Assembly (NCBI RefSeq): GCF_006345805.1
Contig: NC_043002.1
Location: forward strand, 50,840,001 to 50,904,000
Source of the DNA: Octopus sinensis
Lineage: Eukaryota
DNA length: 64,000 nucleotides
Direction of reading: 5' to 3'
Position 1 is the stretch's first letter. Each line of letters starts with the position of its first letter. The translations under genes were made by a program, and so were the position numbers. Below, piece after piece: positions 63,659 through 64,000 of this stretch. A model generated the notes under the pieces. The model had not been told where the DNA came from, made no database searches, and saw nothing but the letters and a program-made list of their open reading frames with translations.

Positions 63659-64000
63659 TCTCTCTCTATATAAACGGCAGTTTGTCTGTCTGCGTGTCTG
63701 TGTGTCTGTTAGGTTGTACCATCACCCTGACCACGGCTTTCAACCGATTCTGATGAAACTTGACACACACATAGCCCAATGTCATAATTCAAAACTAACG
63801 CAGCGAAAAGTTTGAAAAGTTCCCCCAGTTCTGAAAAAATCGATAAATTCGACATGGGGTCGAGAATCAGAAACACAAACTACAGACTGTCTAGGGGACG
63901 CAACTCGACCTTTTTAACTCTAAAAAAAAATTTACCATCATTTTTTTTCCATTTTTTTTCTATTTTTTGGCTATAACTCTCTAAAAATGCTTTATAGTTA
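63659..64000 (+). mobile_element. Helitron-type non-autonomous element, runs off the window
   Basis: a|tctctctctatataaacggcag start, (GTCT)/(GT) microsatellite, caaccgattctgatgaaacttgac. Confidence 0.65.

Overview
AT-rich eukaryotic DNA saturated with microsatellites. The repeat families I recognise point to Octopus or another coleoid cephalopod (inference from recalled repeat families, not from a search). I find no intact host protein-coding gene, rRNA, true tRNA or CRISPR array, and nearly all listed ORFs are translations of (AT)n, (GT)n, (GAT)n, (AAT)n, (GA)n or (TAGA)n tracts. The window is a layered transposon landscape. It holds several tRNA-headed SINE families, mariner (DD34D) and maT (DD37D) relics with nested MITEs, hAT, pogo and foldback MITEs, Helitron-type non-autonomous elements, and R4/Dong-, CR1- and RTE/BovB-type LINE pieces. 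It also holds many Penelope-like element (PLE) termini. The most interesting signals are: (1) nine minimal hammerhead-ribozyme-like motifs on PLE ends, with recurring non-canonical cores; (2) two young near-perfect palindromes at 22.0-22.7 kb and 38.7-39.1 kb; (3) a Pol III SINE head fused to a hammerhead motif and followed by the first TTTT terminator (30.26-30.49 kb); (4) two 5'+3' internally deleted RTE elements; (5) a defined ~560-bp element inserted in tandem into (AAT)n; (6) a ~100-bp tandem array with a homogenised centre. All alignments and folds were done by eye, and family names need a repeat-library or HMM search to confirm.
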